Shown one piece after another: positions 7,015 to 16,861 of a stretch of DNA of 30,802 nt (position 1 is the stretch's first letter; each line of letters opens with the position of its first letter). The position numbers and the translations under genes were made by a program. The notes beneath the pieces were generated by a model. That model saw only the letters and a list, made by a program, of their open reading frames with translations, ran no database searches and was not told the origin of the DNA. Source of the DNA: a virus (lineage: Duplodnaviria > Caudoviricetes); IMG/VR virus record IMGVR_UViG_3300002098_000114, positions 1 to 30,802 of that record. One strand, written 5' to 3'.

Positions 7015-7319
7015 TTCTCTGCGAGCGCCGCTTCTCGACCCTGGTGATATGAGAGATGCTTCTCAAGTCGAACGGTAAGTGAATCCAACTCGACGCCTTG
7101 CCGGTTCAACTCAGACTCAATCCGGTTCACTCCATCGGCCATGCTCGATCCACCGTTCGGTTGAACTGCCTGTGCCATTGGTTTGATCTGCTCGACGATT
7201 GACGACAGGAGTTTCTTGTGGAAGTGGCGGTAGGTTCCGAAGATCATTCCGATGATGAAGCCAACCGAGGTAAGAATGCTCAGCCAGATATTCCAGTCGC
7301 TTCGAGTGAATGCCAACAT
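7011..7319 (-). CDS. Membrane protein of the lysis cassette (N-terminal TM, NGGSS motif, coiled coil)
   Basis: ATG at 7319 with GAGG SD; WLSILTSVGFIIGMIFG TM; PNGGSSMAD motif of the kind seen in actinophage proteins following lysins. Confidence 0.75.
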   Translation of the reverse strand: MLAFTRSDWNIWLSILTSVGFIIGMIFGTYRHFHKKLLSSIVEQIKPMAQAVQPNGGSSMADGVNRIESELNRQGVELDSLTVRLEKHLSYHQGREAALAEK

Positions 7320-7320
7320 C

Positions 7321-8196
7321 TCAACCTCCGAGAGCGGCCCAGGTAAGCGGCCCACAAATGCCGTCGGCGACGAGTCCGTGTTGTCCCTGCCATTGGCGAA
7401 GTCGATTGTTGGTCGCTGGCCCGAACTGACCGTCGACCACGAGCGCACCGAGACGTTGCTGAAGCACTCTCACGGCGTCCCCTGTGGCTCCCTGAGCCAA
7501 CGTAGGTCGGTTCGTGGGGGTCGGTGACGGTGGTTTGGGAGAAGCGTTCATGGCGCCCCAGGTCTGCGGCCCAACGATTCCGTCGGCGGTGAGATTGTGG
7601 GAATGCTGAAAGGCAAGAACGGCTCCTTGAGTGATTGGCCCCCAGGCTCCATCTTGAGCAACGCCGACCTTTGCCTGAACCTGTTGGACGCTGACGCCAG
7701 GAACGATGATGTGCTGTTGACTTGGTTGAGGTTGTGGAGCCGGTGCTGGTTGTCCTCCGCCGGTGGTGCTGAATCGGAGGAAGCGTTGCGGCTGTCGTCC
7801 GTCTTGCGAGACTCGAACGTAGGACGGGTCGCCTTGCTCGCCCATTGAAACTGTCAAAGGGTCGTTGCCTGCTTCGACGATCATCGCTGTGTGATCGCCT
7901 GTCCCTGGGCCGTAGACGATTACGTCACCTGGTACCGCTTGATTCTTGAGAATCACGACGCCATGAGAGAGAAGCGTGCCGGTGTAGCCCTGCCCGTCGT
8001 AGCCCTGTCCGTTGGGGTCGGGTGCTCCGGCCCAGTTGTAACAAAGAGTTACGAACGCTGAGCAGTCACAATGACACGGGACGCCAGGGTGACCGATGCC
8101 CTCCATGCGGTTGCCGCCTTCGGTGTAGGTGAAGCCAGCGTGATTGTCCACGCCCCATCTCGCCCACTTGACTATTTGATCTCGAACGTCTGCCAT
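7321..8196 (-). CDS. Endolysin: NlpC/P60 peptidase with two peptidoglycan-binding domains
   Basis: CDCSAFV..PGDVIVYG..HTAM catalytic motifs; PQ-rich linker; repeated DGxWGPxT/DGIVGPQTW PG-binding motifs. Confidence 0.9.
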   Translation of the reverse strand: MADVRDQIVKWARWGVDNHAGFTYTEGGNRMEGIGHPGVPCHCDCSAFVTLCYNWAGAPDPNGQGYDGQGYTGTLLSHGVVILKNQAVPGDVIVYGPGTGDHTAMIVEAGNDPLTVSMGEQGDPSYVRVSQDGRQPQRFLRFSTTGGGQPAPAPQPQPSQQHIIVPGVSVQQVQAKVGVAQDGAWGPITQGAVLAFQHSHNLTADGIVGPQTWGAMNASPKPPSPTPTNRPTLAQGATGDAVRVLQQRLGALVVDGQFGPATNNRLRQWQGQHGLVADGICGPLTWAALGG

Positions 8197-8204
8197 GTTT
8201 GCTC

Positions 8205-8630
8205 CTAGTATCCGATTATGAAGAACTGTAGTTGTGAGATCGCAACCGCACCTGGCCCTGTTCCTGCGGCGTTCGACACAAGGAACGTCACGGTGGTTGC
8301 GTTTGTGAACGACCCAAGAGTGAATGTTGTGTAGCCAGGGTAAGTACTTGAACCGATCTGCGTCATCGCCAAGATGGTGCCGTTCGGGAATCCTCCGTTA
8401 GGGATTGTGATTGTGCCTTGGCTTGAAGCGTTCAAGGTGACGTTGGTGAATCCGAAGTAGCAGTAGAAAGGTGGTGTGCCGTTTGCCGTTGTAGTCGCAC
8501 CCTGCATGAGTCCGGTGGTTGTCCAGGTTCCCACCATTCCGTTCATAGCGATTGCGGCTTGGTTCCAATCGGCAATCGGTAGCACTTCTCCAGCCGTGTG
8601 CGTGTTTATGCTGTTCCAGGTGTAAGGCAT
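8205..8630 (-). CDS. Minor tail / small tail-fibre-like protein (141 aa)
   Basis: ATG at 8630 in a TAATG overlap with GGAGG SD; TAGEVLPIADWN N-terminal anchor-like motif and beta-rich C-terminus ending FFIIGY. Confidence 0.65.
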   Translation of the reverse strand: MPYTWNSINTHTAGEVLPIADWNQAAIAMNGMVGTWTTTGLMQGATTTANGTPPFYCYFGFTNVTLNASSQGTITIPNGGFPNGTILAMTQIGSSTYPGYTTFTLGSFTNATTVTFLVSNAAGTGPGAVAISQLQFFIIGY

Positions 8631-11600
8631 TATCCTCCGAAGGCGTCTTGTGCGGTGCCGGTATCGTAGGTAACTGTATCTCCTACTGACATCGCTTGGG
8701 AACTGACTGTGGTAACGCCGGTCAGCAACGCTGGCCCGATGACGTAGTTTCCTCCGTTCGTAGTTGTCAGGCTTGAACCGACTGTTGTGCCAACTAACTT
8801 GCACCCCAGAATCGTTGAACCCGAGACCGACGTGTAGGAGCATGGCCAATAAGTTGGGCCTGAAACAAAGTTGGTTCCCGAAGCGACGTACCAGAACTGA
8901 CCGCCACCGGCTGGGAAGTTCGTCACCGCGTTCAGAGTAAGCGTTACCGACGAGGAAGTTGTGAGGGTTCCGACTGTGGAAGTGAATGTTATGTTTTGCG
9001 CCTTTCCTGTGTATGCCGCAGAAACGGCGACGCCCGAGTGAGTGAGAGTGACCGTTCCACTTGTCGGGAACTGGTAGAGAGCGTAAGGGTTGTTTGACGC
9101 TCCAAACCCTGGATTGAGTTGAAGCGATGACGCACTCGACGAAAGGGTTGTGGCGAACGAAACAGAACCCTTTGCCGTTTGGAACTTGGAGTAATCAGCC
9201 GCTCCGGTAGAAGTTGAAAGTCGAAAGAACGAACCGGCGTTCACGGTTGACGAGCCGTTCATCTCGTAAGGCGACAGAACAAACAACGTGCGCCAACGAC
9301 CAGGCTCCGCTTGATATTCGTGAGAGATGGATTCAATGACAACTGTTTGTGCGTAGGACGCGCCATACGCCGTTCGGTTGAACACAACCTGATCCCACAG
9401 GTTTGCCCCGAGTTGAACGGCTTGGTTCGGCTGTGTCGTGCCGTCGGCGTAGGTACTTTCGATCACCACCTTGCGAGGACGAACGATTGGTTGTTTGTAG
9501 CGATTGACGATCATTGAACCGAGAGCGTCAATATCGGTCTGGCGATTCGCCCACATTTGCCCGCGCGAATAAGTCCTCGCTCCGTATTTAGCCAAGTAAG
9601 TTCCTGTTGAATCAACGAATGTTGAAGTCTGTCCATAGGTGTTTGTGGTTTGAGCGATTGTCCAAGTGTCGAGGTCGTCAAGAACCATCTCGATTGCTGG
9701 GAGATAGTGAGCCTGCGAGGTACTAGTTCCCGAATCGGTGAACTGTGTTGAGTTCTGTGCGTGAGTCTGAGGATAGAAGCGTGGCAGGAATGTAAGAACT
9801 CCGGCAGGCGATTGGTAGTAGAACCCGTTTTCAGTTTCTTCGTATTGAAAGCCATAGTCGAGCGCGCTCGTTGAATAGACTGCACCCTGCTCTAGTGCTA
9901 GTTGACTAATCGCTCCTGCGGAGTAACTCAGAGGCGTAGTTGTCAGCGTTGTCGAACCATCGGCAGGTGCTAATCCAACCACCTCGGCAACGTCTTTCAT
10001 TCGGTATCCGGTTGAAGTACCCTGCGAGTGTAGGACTGTTTCGTTTGCGTAACCCGAACCCGTCAAGCCAGCGTTGACGGTTGTGGTGGTTGTCAAGACG
10101 GGTGGATAAAGTTTGACTCCCGTCAGACTGGGTGATGTTCCTGATGTCACTCCGGTGTAGGAGATTGGGTAAGCGTTGAAGGTTCCTCCGGTGCTCCCGT
10201 TGGACGATACGAGAACGGCCAATCCACCGCCAGGGAGAAAGCCGTTGGAGTTTGCCAACGGGAGCGTGGTTGTTGAAGTGTTTGTGATTGACGCAGGTGT
10301 AGAGATCTGTGAGATTGCTCCGTTCGCTCGAAAGAACGCACCGACCCTTGCTCTGTTCAGCGATGCTGGAGCGTAGGTTGAATCGTCCCAACAGAACGAA
10401 GCCTCGGAGATTGTGGCGTTACAGTTGGCAACCTGATATGGAACCGAGCCGGCAATCGGATAGACCCCGAGCGTGTAGGTTCCGAAGTTTACCGATGTCG
10501 GTGCGAGTGTTGCGATATTGCTCTGAAAGAATCCGCAGTTCATGCCGTCGACATATGCGTAGAAGTTGAAAGTGTTTGTGGCATTCGGCTCTGCTTGAAT
10601 GTTGAACGTGATGAGATGCCAGTTTCCATCGGTTATCTGTTGTCCCCATGTGTAGGTTCCAAGAGTTGTCGTTGTCGTGCCACCTGAAGTTGTTGTCTGG
10701 ATTGAGACGGTCAACTGTGACGCAGTTGAAACTTGTAAGACGTAGGAATAAATAGTAGTTCCCGAACCCCGAGTTGCGTCAACAATCTGAATGAGTGAGT
10801 CGCCAGGCTGAGTCCCCTTGAACCACGCTTCACCCGTGTAGCCGGTGCCAGCGTTACTCGTTGCCGCGACGGAGTTGTAGTAAGCCGAACCGTTTGAGAA
10901 TGTGATGCCAAGTGCAGGGTGCCCAACTCCACCGCCATTTGTCAAGTCGATTCCCTGCGAAGTTGGGTCATAGAGTAGCGGCCCGTTTTGATTGAACGAA
11001 GAAGCGACAAGAGCGGCGGTGGCTGGTGCGTTCGCGGCAGTCATGCCGATGCCAACCGAGCCGGTAGCAACTCCACCGACGATGTAGTCACCTAAGTTTG
11101 TGACGTAAGTCTGTCCAGGTTGTGTCAATCGACAACCAGTAAACGTCCACGCCGTGCCAGAAGAAGTGGCGGTGGTGTAAGCGACAGTTATTTGTCGACC
11201 ATTCCCCCATAGTTGGAACGTACCGTTAGCCGGTTGTAGGGGAAGTGAAGTAGCGGTGGAATATCGGGAGAAGTTGATTGTCACGTTGCTCGTCGCAGAG
11301 AGTGTCAATCCCGAACCAGCGACGCCGCTTGTGATGAATCCACCCACGCCACTATTTCGCAAAGACACTTTGCCTGTTGCGAGTGAAGGTTGATCGTTTA
11401 GGCGGAGCACGTCAGGAGTGATGCTGGTGTTCTTGATTGGGTTGAGCGCCGTCTGCCAATAAAGCGATGAGTTGGATAGTCGAGTGACTGAAAGTTTCTT
11501 GAGCAGGTCGGTACAGATGACTGTGGTGTCTACGTCAACCTCGTCAAGTGCGCTCGGTTCCCATTGGTCTACGAAACCGAAGAACACCGGATACGTTGTG

Positions 11601-12190
11601 CCGTTCCAAGTTGCCGTGATCTTGACAGGAACTCCTACTGCGAGAATCGTTGATGAGACAAGTGAGTCGGTTGCTCCGGTTGTTACTGAGGTGTAGTTGT
11701 ATGCTGAAGCCGACCAGGGAAGCCAACGACCATCACGACTTTCTAGAATCACTTGTGCTGATGAGGATTCAGTTCGGTCTAGTTCGTGTTGGCGACCCAT
11801 GCGAGTTGATATGTCTCGAACGTAGGAGCCTGCTTCGTACCAGTTCCACAACAGGATTGTCTCTGTGCCGTTTGTCGTGAAGGTTGTACCAGATGCCAAC
11901 TGGCAACCAGACAAACGATACTGACCGCTCACAACCAATGCGCTTGTGTAGTTGACGGTGTAGCGAGTGCTTCCTCGAAGCAGGGTTACCGAGCCACTTG
12001 TAGTTTTTGGCGTAATGCTTCCCCACGCATCTAGCAACAACTGAACGGAGGAAGAAGTAGAAAGCACCGCACCGATATTGACGACGTTTACAGTTTGTCG
12101 AGAGAACGCCGTTGGTGTAACTCCGGTTTGGAGATCCGTGAATGCGAACTGAACGGAGATGGAGGGAAGCGAAAGATTGGGCTGTGCCAT
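8630..12190 (-). CDS. Large tail-tip / host-recognition protein with a LamG-like lectin domain and repeated beta modules
   Basis: ATG at 12190 (TAATG overlap); Ser/Thr/Gly-rich; ITDGNWHLITF..YVDG LamG-like motif; position after the tape measure. Confidence 0.75.
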   Translation of the reverse strand: MAQPNLSLPSISVQFAFTDLQTGVTPTAFSRQTVNVVNIGAVLSTSSSVQLLLDAWGSITPKTTSGSVTLLRGSTRYTVNYTSALVVSGQYRLSGCQLASGTTFTTNGTETILLWNWYEAGSYVRDISTRMGRQHELDRTESSSAQVILESRDGRWLPWSASAYNYTSVTTGATDSLVSSTILAVGVPVKITATWNGTTYPVFFGFVDQWEPSALDEVDVDTTVICTDLLKKLSVTRLSNSSLYWQTALNPIKNTSITPDVLRLNDQPSLATGKVSLRNSGVGGFITSGVAGSGLTLSATSNVTINFSRYSTATSLPLQPANGTFQLWGNGRQITVAYTTATSSGTAWTFTGCRLTQPGQTYVTNLGDYIVGGVATGSVGIGMTAANAPATAALVASSFNQNGPLLYDPTSQGIDLTNGGGVGHPALGITFSNGSAYYNSVAATSNAGTGYTGEAWFKGTQPGDSLIQIVDATRGSGTTIYSYVLQVSTASQLTVSIQTTTSGGTTTTTLGTYTWGQQITDGNWHLITFNIQAEPNATNTFNFYAYVDGMNCGFFQSNIATLAPTSVNFGTYTLGVYPIAGSVPYQVANCNATISEASFCWDDSTYAPASLNRARVGAFFRANGAISQISTPASITNTSTTTLPLANSNGFLPGGGLAVLVSSNGSTGGTFNAYPISYTGVTSGTSPSLTGVKLYPPVLTTTTTVNAGLTGSGYANETVLHSQGTSTGYRMKDVAEVVGLAPADGSTTLTTTPLSYSAGAISQLALEQGAVYSTSALDYGFQYEETENGFYYQSPAGVLTFLPRFYPQTHAQNSTQFTDSGTSTSQAHYLPAIEMVLDDLDTWTIAQTTNTYGQTSTFVDSTGTYLAKYGARTYSRGQMWANRQTDIDALGSMIVNRYKQPIVRPRKVVIESTYADGTTQPNQAVQLGANLWDQVVFNRTAYGASYAQTVVIESISHEYQAEPGRWRTLFVLSPYEMNGSSTVNAGSFFRLSTSTGAADYSKFQTAKGSVSFATTLSSSASSLQLNPGFGASNNPYALYQFPTSGTVTLTHSGVAVSAAYTGKAQNITFTSTVGTLTTSSSVTLTLNAVTNFPAGGGQFWYVASGTNFVSGPTYWPCSYTSVSGSTILGCKLVGTTVGSSLTTTNGGNYVIGPALLTGVTTVSSQAMSVGDTVTYDTGTAQDAFGG

Positions 12191-12444
12191 TAGCCCTTGA
12201 CCCAGGTTTGCTTTCCACCGACATTCTGCCAACGACCTTGAGCGGCTTGACTGACAAGGTTCTGAAACGCTGGCGACTTAGTCCCTGCGTAGCCGCCGAG
12301 CACGTCACCCCATGCTCGTGAGTTATTCAACATACTGCTTCGCACCGCTTCAGCAACACCGTTCACGAATGCTCGGTTGTTCAGGAGTTTGCCAACGAGA
12401 ACGTCAATCGGGATCTCAACATTGACATCGTATTCATCGGCCAT
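12190..12444 (-). CDS. Small hypothetical protein between tape measure and tail tip
   Basis: 84-aa ORF coupled on both sides by TAATG overlaps. Confidence 0.7.
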   Translation of the reverse strand: MADEYDVNVEIPIDVLVGKLLNNRAFVNGVAEAVRSSMLNNSRAWGDVLGGYAGTKSPAFQNLVSQAAQGRWQNVGGKQTWVKG

Positions 12445-14573
12445 TAGGTGAACCTCGCCGTTACCGTCACTTTATTTGCTTTACTCACGGCACTAAGGAT
12501 ATTGCGTGTGTTGTCTGCGGTGCTTGATGTTGAGTTCCTGATGCCAGGAATACCGGCGAGGTGATAGGCGTGTTGCGCAGTAGTCGCCGTTGCAATCCGT
12601 ACGCCTTGAATCCCTGCAAGGTGCGAGGAGTTTGTAGCCGTTGTCTGAAGGTGACCTGCTACCGCTCCCGAGAGGTGAACCTGCGGAGCGTTAGAGATAC
12701 TGACACCCTTTGGAATGTCAACTTTGACCGCCGACTTCACGGCAACTCCTGCGCTGTTCAGGTCTGTTCCAACGATTCCCTGAATACCAACCTTTGTCCC
12801 AGGCAGTAATGCCAACGGCGCAGGCGGCACGTTTGGCGCACCGGCGTTTCCACCCTGACGACCAGCGTGATCTATCTGCGCTCCCGTTGGAGCGGATACG
12901 CTCACCGGCTTTGCTCCGGTAAGCCAACTTGCGGCGTCTGTTATTGCTCCCCAGATTCCGCCGCTCTTTTGTGGAGTTACTCGACTTGAAGAAACAACCT
13001 CGGGTGGACTGACTGCGTTGAATGCGGCGTTTGTCGCTGGCCCGACAACATATTTAGAAAGTCCTAGAGCGATGCCCCCAACAACTCCTCCAACAATAAG
13101 TTCTGGCAACGTACCAAGTCCAAACAATACCGGCGCACCTTTGACTGCATCTTTGCCTAATCCGCCTGCTCCTCCTGCGCCTTCGATTGCACCAACACCG
13201 GTCTTTCCCAACAGAGCATCGGTGTTTTCTTGCGTGGCGGCGGTGTTGAGATCGAGCGGAGTGTTCTTCACTCCGCCCGTGAACAGGTCTTTGATTGTAT
13301 TGAACGCGCCTACTCCGGCGTCCCATACCGACTTCATCGCTTTGCCAACCTTGAACGCAACGGCTAATGCGAATGCGCCAATGGCCGCGTCAGAAGCAAT
13401 CTCTGAGATCAACGGGTGAGCCTTGAAGAAGTCGATTGCGTTCTTCGCCCAGTTCATAAGGTCTTGAGCGGCTGGCAATAAGGCAAGTCCCACCTGGGTC
13501 AACACGTCTTTCGTTCCTGCTTCGAGTGTTGACAGTTCGTTCTTGAAGTTCTTTGACGCTTCCTGTGCGGCTTTGACAACGGTGACGTGACGTTCCACCG
13601 CTTGCGTCGCTTGGTCGTAGGCCGGACTTCCGCCGCGCATAATCTCGATCATCGCGTCTGAGGCTTTGCCCCAACCCAACGTCTGCGCCGCCGCCTTTGC
13701 TTGCTCGTCTGTCATACCCTTGAACTTTGGACTCATCTGGTCAATGAGCGCAGACATTCCAATGAAGTGACCGTCGAGCGTGTAGATGTTGCCGGTGAGA
13801 TCGTGCTGTGCGGCTGTCCATTGTTTCGTCGGGTCTAACATTCCGCCGATTGCCTGTTGCACCTTCATCATCGTTCGACCCTGACCGACTCCTAGATTGT
13901 TCATATCGGCCATGAGTACGTTCATATCTTTCATGGAAGGAATGCTGATTCCAAGAGCGGCGTGGAGTTTTGTGTATTGACCGACAACCCCACCGATTGA
14001 AGTGCCACTCAGGTCAGAGGCAACGTAAAGTTGGTTGGTGGCGTCGGCGACGTCCTTGAGCGGAGTCTGAAAGACTTTCATTACAGAGACGACGGCTTGC
14101 GTTGAGGAAGCGAGATCTATGTTTTTCGCCACCGCCAAGTCAGAGGCAGAACGCATTACGTCCATCGTCTGCTTTGTTGTCAAGACGTGACCGTTGAGTA
14201 GGGTCAACTGACCAGCAACACCAGCGAACGCAGTTGCGAGTTCCTGTGCGCTGAACTCACTCTTGAATGCGGTTCCGAGGAAGGCGTCTCCGAGTTGTTT
14301 GATTTGCTGTTGACCCATGCCACTACTGTTTTGCACTTTGGTCATGGAGCCTTGGAAGTCCACCGCCATTTTGACGCCGACGGCACCGAACCCGACACCA
14401 ATCCCAATCGTGGCGAGAGCCATTTTGCCGAGGTTCTGTTGAATCCTCGCACCGGCTGTGGCTGATGCGGCATCGACCTCGGCCATCTTTCCAATAGCGC
14501 CGTCCATCTTTGCGGTGAACTCTTTTGTGTCGGCGAGAAGCGTCGCAACGACGGGAGGTAAGAACTCAGCCAC
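12444..14573 (-). CDS. Tape measure protein (TP901-family core)
   Basis: Ala/Gly-rich helical protein with FQGSMTKV..FSAQELATAF..ASDLAVAKNIDL core; likely GTG start at 14573 (track start 14582). Confidence 0.88.
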   Translation of the reverse strand: MAEFLPPVVATLLADTKEFTAKMDGAIGKMAEVDAASATAGARIQQNLGKMALATIGIGVGFGAVGVKMAVDFQGSMTKVQNSSGMGQQQIKQLGDAFLGTAFKSEFSAQELATAFAGVAGQLTLLNGHVLTTKQTMDVMRSASDLAVAKNIDLASSTQAVVSVMKVFQTPLKDVADATNQLYVASDLSGTSIGGVVGQYTKLHAALGISIPSMKDMNVLMADMNNLGVGQGRTMMKVQQAIGGMLDPTKQWTAAQHDLTGNIYTLDGHFIGMSALIDQMSPKFKGMTDEQAKAAAQTLGWGKASDAMIEIMRGGSPAYDQATQAVERHVTVVKAAQEASKNFKNELSTLEAGTKDVLTQVGLALLPAAQDLMNWAKNAIDFFKAHPLISEIASDAAIGAFALAVAFKVGKAMKSVWDAGVGAFNTIKDLFTGGVKNTPLDLNTAATQENTDALLGKTGVGAIEGAGGAGGLGKDAVKGAPVLFGLGTLPELIVGGVVGGIALGLSKYVVGPATNAAFNAVSPPEVVSSSRVTPQKSGGIWGAITDAASWLTGAKPVSVSAPTGAQIDHAGRQGGNAGAPNVPPAPLALLPGTKVGIQGIVGTDLNSAGVAVKSAVKVDIPKGVSISNAPQVHLSGAVAGHLQTTATNSSHLAGIQGVRIATATTAQHAYHLAGIPGIRNSTSSTADNTRNILSAVSKANKVTVTARFT

Positions 14574-14994
14574 GAAGAACACCTGCCCACACGCGCTCAG
14601 AGATCTTTCTTATTTCGGGCATTGACTTCTCGAATCCTGGTTGGAGATATGGGTAAGCATAGTTCCCGCGCGGGAATCCGAGTTCTATCCGTCGACCGTA
14701 GACTGCTTTCGGGCCGGTTGAAGTTGTCCATCTGCCAAAGCCGATTTCCTCCGGCCTGCTTGTCTGAATCGAGCGAGCGAGGTAACCAGTTCTAACATTT
14801 GGCGGCCCACCCACAGGGCCAACGTGTCGTCCCTTTCGCCCGTTGCCAGGCTCGGTGAACATCTCACGCGAGTTCTTGGCGATGATCTGGCCGCCTTCAA
14901 CGACAATCTGGCGTCCGGCCATTCGCATTTTTTGGTTCATGACCTTGATGGACTCATTGAACGCTTTGACGCCGGAGATTAGTTCTGTTGCCAT
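14566..14994 (-). CDS. HK97-gp10-like tail completion protein
   Basis: PPNVRTGYLARSI..AVYGRRIELG..YPYLQPGF pattern. Confidence 0.75.
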   Translation of the reverse strand: MATELISGVKAFNESIKVMNQKMRMAGRQIVVEGGQIIAKNSREMFTEPGNGRKGRHVGPVGGPPNVRTGYLARSIQTSRPEEIGFGRWTTSTGPKAVYGRRIELGFPRGNYAYPYLQPGFEKSMPEIRKISERVWAGVLRG

Positions 14995-15200
14995 TCTTCT
15001 TCCACCTCGATCCTTAGTCCGTCAAGCGTTATCGTCCAGTCAATCACGCTCGTCGGCTCGTCCATGAACTGCTCATGGCTCATCGGGATCAAAGCGCGGT
15101 AACGGTACTCTCTCCATTGGTCGGCAACGTCGGGGTCAACTGGTTCGAGGCCACGTCCGAGGAGATGGGCGCGGAGACGTTCGAGTTTTCTGTAAGCACT
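14979..15200 (-). CDS. -1 frame extension of the tail assembly chaperone (gpT part of gpGT)
   Basis: After C_CCA_AAA the -1 frame reads SAYRKLERLRAHLLGRG..MSHEQFMDEPTSVIDW..WQQN to TAA at 14981-14979, filling the gap before the next gene. Confidence 0.8.
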   Translation of the reverse strand, partial: SAYRKLERLRAHLLGRGLEPVDPDVADQWREYRYRALIPMSHEQFMDEPTSVIDWTITLDGLRIEVEEEWQQN

Positions 15201-15583
15201 TTTGGGTCTGTTGCACCCTCCACTCCGATTGCCTCGTCGCCTCTGGAAAGTTCAATCGCCTTCTCACTCAACTTCTGATAGGTGGTCGCCGGTAGTAAGT
15301 CGCCAACGGTTTCCATTGTTGGGAGATCTCCAAACGTCCACGACTTGACCATCTCAACGATGCACCTATCCGCATATCGTTCGTAGGCTGTTTCGTCAAT
15401 GCCAAGATCCTTGAGGTTTCCCCACGTTGCAGGATCGGCTTCGTCAAAGCCAGAGGCACTCATTATTCCGGCCTGCTCTAGCCAACCTCGCAACGCTCCA
15501 CGAATCCTTCGAGCCTGTCGCTCGGTGAGTTCGTCGTAGTTTCTTAGAACTGCGCTTTGATTATTGGGTAACTCAACAAGCAT
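15089..15583 (-). CDS. Tail assembly chaperone (gpG-like)
   Basis: Directly after the tail tube gene; acidic helical protein carrying a slippery site. Confidence 0.8.
   Translation of the reverse strand: MLVELPNNQSAVLRNYDELTERQARRIRGALRGWLEQAGIMSASGFDEADPATWGNLKDLGIDETAYERYADRCIVEMVKSWTFGDLPTMETVGDLLPATTYQKLSEKAIELSRGDEAIGVEGATDPKVLTENSNVSAPISSDVASNQLTPTLPTNGESTVTAL
15200..15206 (-). other. Programmed -1 frameshift slippery heptamer C_CCA_AAA
   Basis: In-frame GAC CCA AAA GTG (X_XXY_YYZ) in the chaperone gene; -1 frame open for 73 codons. Confidence 0.8.
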
Positions 15584-15613
15584 CTTCTCTCCCTTATTAG
15601 TTGTCTGTTTTGT

Positions 15614-16828
15614 TTAGTAGACCGCAGATACCAAGTTCGTTGCCGTGATCTTGATTGGCGAGTACCCACCACCAGCACCAGCGACGGCGTCGGTTGTGTT
15701 GGCCTGAGCGTCAAACGTGGCGTCAACTTCGACGAACGCCTTGCTACGGTCACGCTTGGCGTCCTTGAACTGACAAGCAGACATCTGAACGGTGATCGTG
15801 TGACCGGTTGTTGGGTCGGTGAAGGCAAGACTGACGGGCTTCGGAGCGTCGCTGAGTGCCAGCGAGCCAACCGCAACCGTGTCGGTTGTAGCCGTCGGAG
15901 TGAATCCTGGGCCATTGACCAACAGAACACCGGTCAGGGTTGAGCCTGAAGTGCTTGAGTAAGTGAACGGGTAGGAGACTCCGAGGTGTTGAACAACACC
16001 GGTTCCACCGCCTGCTGAGAACGCCGTAGCGGAGGTGACGGGAAGTGTGGCTGAAGTGGTTTGCGACAATGCGGACGGAGAGGCTCCGACGGTGGTGGCG
16101 TTAGAAGTCGCCCAGATAAGTTGGTCGGTGCTTTCAACGATGAACTTCATCGTGCCTTTGACGTCCAACGGGCCAGCGAACAAACGGTAAGGAGCGTTCG
16201 TGCCCTGCGCTGTGAAGATCGGAGCGGTTGCTCGTGAGAGGGTGATGTCACCCGACACAAGAACCGAAGTTGCGACTCCACCGATGGTTGCTGATACGTC
16301 CCAACCTGGCACAAACACTTCAGTTGAGAACGATGAGGTCGGAGCGGCAATCGTGGTGAATGGAAGTCCCATGAACTTTGCGTCCCACTCAAACGCCGCT
16401 TCAGCGCCGAACGTCAACTTGAGTTCGCCGAGTTGAGCGTCGAGGATTTGGAATGGAGCGTTACCGTCAAAGTCTTGAACGGTCACGGCTGGCGGTTGCG
16501 ATGCGTTCGCGGCTGAGTTGTAGAGCGACATAACGTGGGTGTAAAGCGTTGCGCCAGAAACGCTGTCGAATCCGAGAGCGGCTTTGGCAATCAGAGGGAA
16601 GGTGTCGGCGAACGCGTAGCCCTTGACCGAGTATTCGTCGTGACGAACTCCGAGGACTTCATTGTAAAGTTTGACCGGAGATCCCCTGAACGCTTCGTCT
16701 CGAAGAAACTTCTGCATCGGCGTGATCTGTGGAGTCATCACAGGAATGAACTTCACGTTGCTCGACGCGGTGCCGCGCGCAGTCTGAATCCCGAGTCCGA
16801 CATAACTGTTGACGCTCATGAATGGCAT
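15614..16828 (-). CDS. Major tail (tube) protein with an inserted beta module
   Basis: Beta-rich; N-terminal YVGLGIQTARGT; strong SD; position before chaperone and TMP. Confidence 0.8.
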   Translation of the reverse strand: MPFMSVNSYVGLGIQTARGTASSNVKFIPVMTPQITPMQKFLRDEAFRGSPVKLYNEVLGVRHDEYSVKGYAFADTFPLIAKAALGFDSVSGATLYTHVMSLYNSAANASQPPAVTVQDFDGNAPFQILDAQLGELKLTFGAEAAFEWDAKFMGLPFTTIAAPTSSFSTEVFVPGWDVSATIGGVATSVLVSGDITLSRATAPIFTAQGTNAPYRLFAGPLDVKGTMKFIVESTDQLIWATSNATTVGASPSALSQTTSATLPVTSATAFSAGGGTGVVQHLGVSYPFTYSSTSGSTLTGVLLVNGPGFTPTATTDTVAVGSLALSDAPKPVSLAFTDPTTGHTITVQMSACQFKDAKRDRSKAFVEVDATFDAQANTTDAVAGAGGGYSPIKITATNLVSAVY

Positions 16829-16861
16829 ATTGACTTCTCCTGTTTCCTAGTGTCCTGGTGC

